A DNA stretch of 64,000 nt from assembly GCF_039654945.1 (NCBI RefSeq), contig NW_027361752.1, forward strand, positions 30,566,001 through 30,630,000, given 5' to 3'. The notes under the pieces were generated by a model. The model was given only the letters and a program-made list of their open reading frames with translations. It was not told the origin of the DNA and searched no databases. Each line of letters starts with the position of its first letter. Within the stretch, counting starts at the first letter, position 1. This document shows positions 62,217-64,000 of the stretch, in pieces. The position numbers were made by a program, and so were the translations under genes. The stretch comes from Dendrobates tinctorius. Its lineage: Eukaryota.

Positions 62217-63055
62217 GGCTAAGTTCACATTAGCGTTCAGCTGAGCTGCGGAGGTCTGCGTACTTACTCAATTAAGCTCCGCCTACTTCTGCTCTGCATC
62301 CGTTTAGCTCCGCCTACTTCTGCATGCATCCTGTGTGCCTATCTTTAACATTGGGTATGCAGGACATGTGGATGTGTCGTTTTTACATGCATGCTGAACT
62401 CACAGAAACACAATGTTGCATTTCTGTGCGTTCTGTGGGCACGTCAAAACAACGCATCCACATTCATCTGCATACATCCGCATGTCCTGCATACCCAATG
62501 TTAAAGATAGGCACACAGGACGCATGCAGAAGTAGGCAGAGTTAAACAGAAGAAGTGCAGAAGTAGGCGGAGCTTAATTGAGGAAGTACGCAGACCTCTG
62601 CAGCTCAGCTGAATGCTAATGTGAACTTAGCCTAAGTCAAGTATTTTAATTTATAATAAAAGTTCAAATAGAATAATAAAAACACTGATGTAATCCCCAA
62701 TGATGGGGCATTACACGTAAGCCAAGAACATAATCACAATAAAGTCCATCAATATCTTTAACATCGGGTACGCAGGACATGCGGATGTATGCAGATGTAT
62801 GCGGATGCATTGTTTTGACGTGCCCACCAAACGCACGGAAACGAAACATTGCATTTCTGTGCATTCGGTGGGCATGTAAAAACAATGCATCCACATATAT
62901 CCGCATGTCCTGCATACCCAATGTTAAAGATAGGTATGCAGGACACATGCAGAAATAGGCAGAGCTAAACGGAAAGAGTGCAGAAGTAGACGGAGCTTAA
63001 TGGAGGAAGTACGCAGACCTCCGCAGCTCAGCCAAACGGTAATGTGAAACCGGCC
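62217..63055. mobile_element. Harbinger-type palindromic MITE carrying an internal inverted duplication
   Basis: tta|ggctaagttcacatta ... taatgtgaaaccggcc|tta; an extra mirrored left end and flank lie inside (to 62754). Confidence 0.8.
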
Positions 63056-64000
63056 TTATTGCATTGTTTGATTGTGCAGTATTCAGCACACACTAAAAGG
63101 TTAACTTCAACACTTATCTTGCATGTAGGAAAGAGTTAAGTGGGTGAAGTTTAGTTTATAAATTTCTGCAAATCTAGTTAGAGTTTAGTGGAGCGAAGAG
63201 CAGCATGTAGAATAAGGAGGAGCAGCAAGTACACAAGATGATTAAAAACACAGCAGAACTTTCTGTGGAACATATAGTGCAATATTCCTGTGTACCTTAA
63301 ATAGGAGGACTGCCCTGGTCCACACAGATGGCAAGCAGCTGTGCTAGAAGAAGCCGCTGAGGCCCAGGAAGGCAAAGAAGCAGATAATTAATCTGATCAT
63401 GTAATGAAGATTAAAAGGTAGTGGAATTTGGAGGCCCACTATGGTGCAGCAATCCAGTATAGCGTGTAAGATATTCAGGAAAATGGGCATTTAGCAAAGT
63501 CTTCCAGGTTAAGAAGCAGCTCCTGTGGACTGTCTTGGAACATACTCTGCTGCTTTCCCACTTATTGCCAGTATGGGCTTGTGTAGACAACCGTAGTTTT
63601 GGTTCAAGTGTGATCTGTGGAAACATTGCATCACACTGGGACTAATGTTATTCAATGAGTCCGTGCACATATCTGATAGCAATAGAGTGTGGTCTGATTG
63701 TCACAGACAATTGAAATGGAGAAGATGAAGAAACATCTTTTTTAATTGTTCACAACCAAAAAAATTGGCTCTCACTCTGATCAGAATATGAGTAGTATAA
63801 TCGGCCCAATTCTATTGTATGGAAGACAATTGGCTTACATGGGTTTACTGTGACAGAGAAGAGCCAGAAGACTGCAACATTTGATTTCTCCTACTACTGC
63901 ACTGGTTAGAAGCACTTCACCCTCATATTAAACGGTGTAAGCCTCTTTTATCAGTGGAGAGATTAATCTGTCAGTTGAGAGCTCCTGAAAGCTTTTGCTG

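Noticed and set aside
63178-63400. Possible minus-strand host exon
   Set aside because: No recognisable protein motif or partner exons.

Overview
This is eukaryotic DNA made almost entirely of nested transposable elements; I found no supportable host exon, rRNA, tRNA or CRISPR array. The repeat mix suggests a vertebrate, most likely an anuran amphibian (inference). Main components: (1) a degraded PIF/Harbinger element (2568-16623) whose transposase intron is stretched to about 10 kb by a hAT element (6063-15822), itself carrying minisatellites, a solo LTR and a 1.1-kb near-perfect hairpin insertion; (2) an RT-deleted BEL/Pao element (18290-24425); (3) a young, nearly intact Harbinger (27520-32885) with an intact 7-exon, 683-aa MADF/BESS-like gene and a transposase broken by one frameshift; (4) an old Gmr1-type Gypsy (33697-~53365, integrase before RT, SCAN-like gag) that hosts a Tc1, a Penelope-like fold-back, two self-priming chromoviral Gypsy elements and two hAT MITEs. 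The most notable signal is a tandem array of 352-bp units inside the Tc1 (34745-35656). Each unit carries a complete type I hammerhead ribozyme, the architecture of a retrozyme or circular-RNA retroelement. Penelope-like remnants nearby could belong to its mobilising partner. All coordinates and alignments were read by eye.
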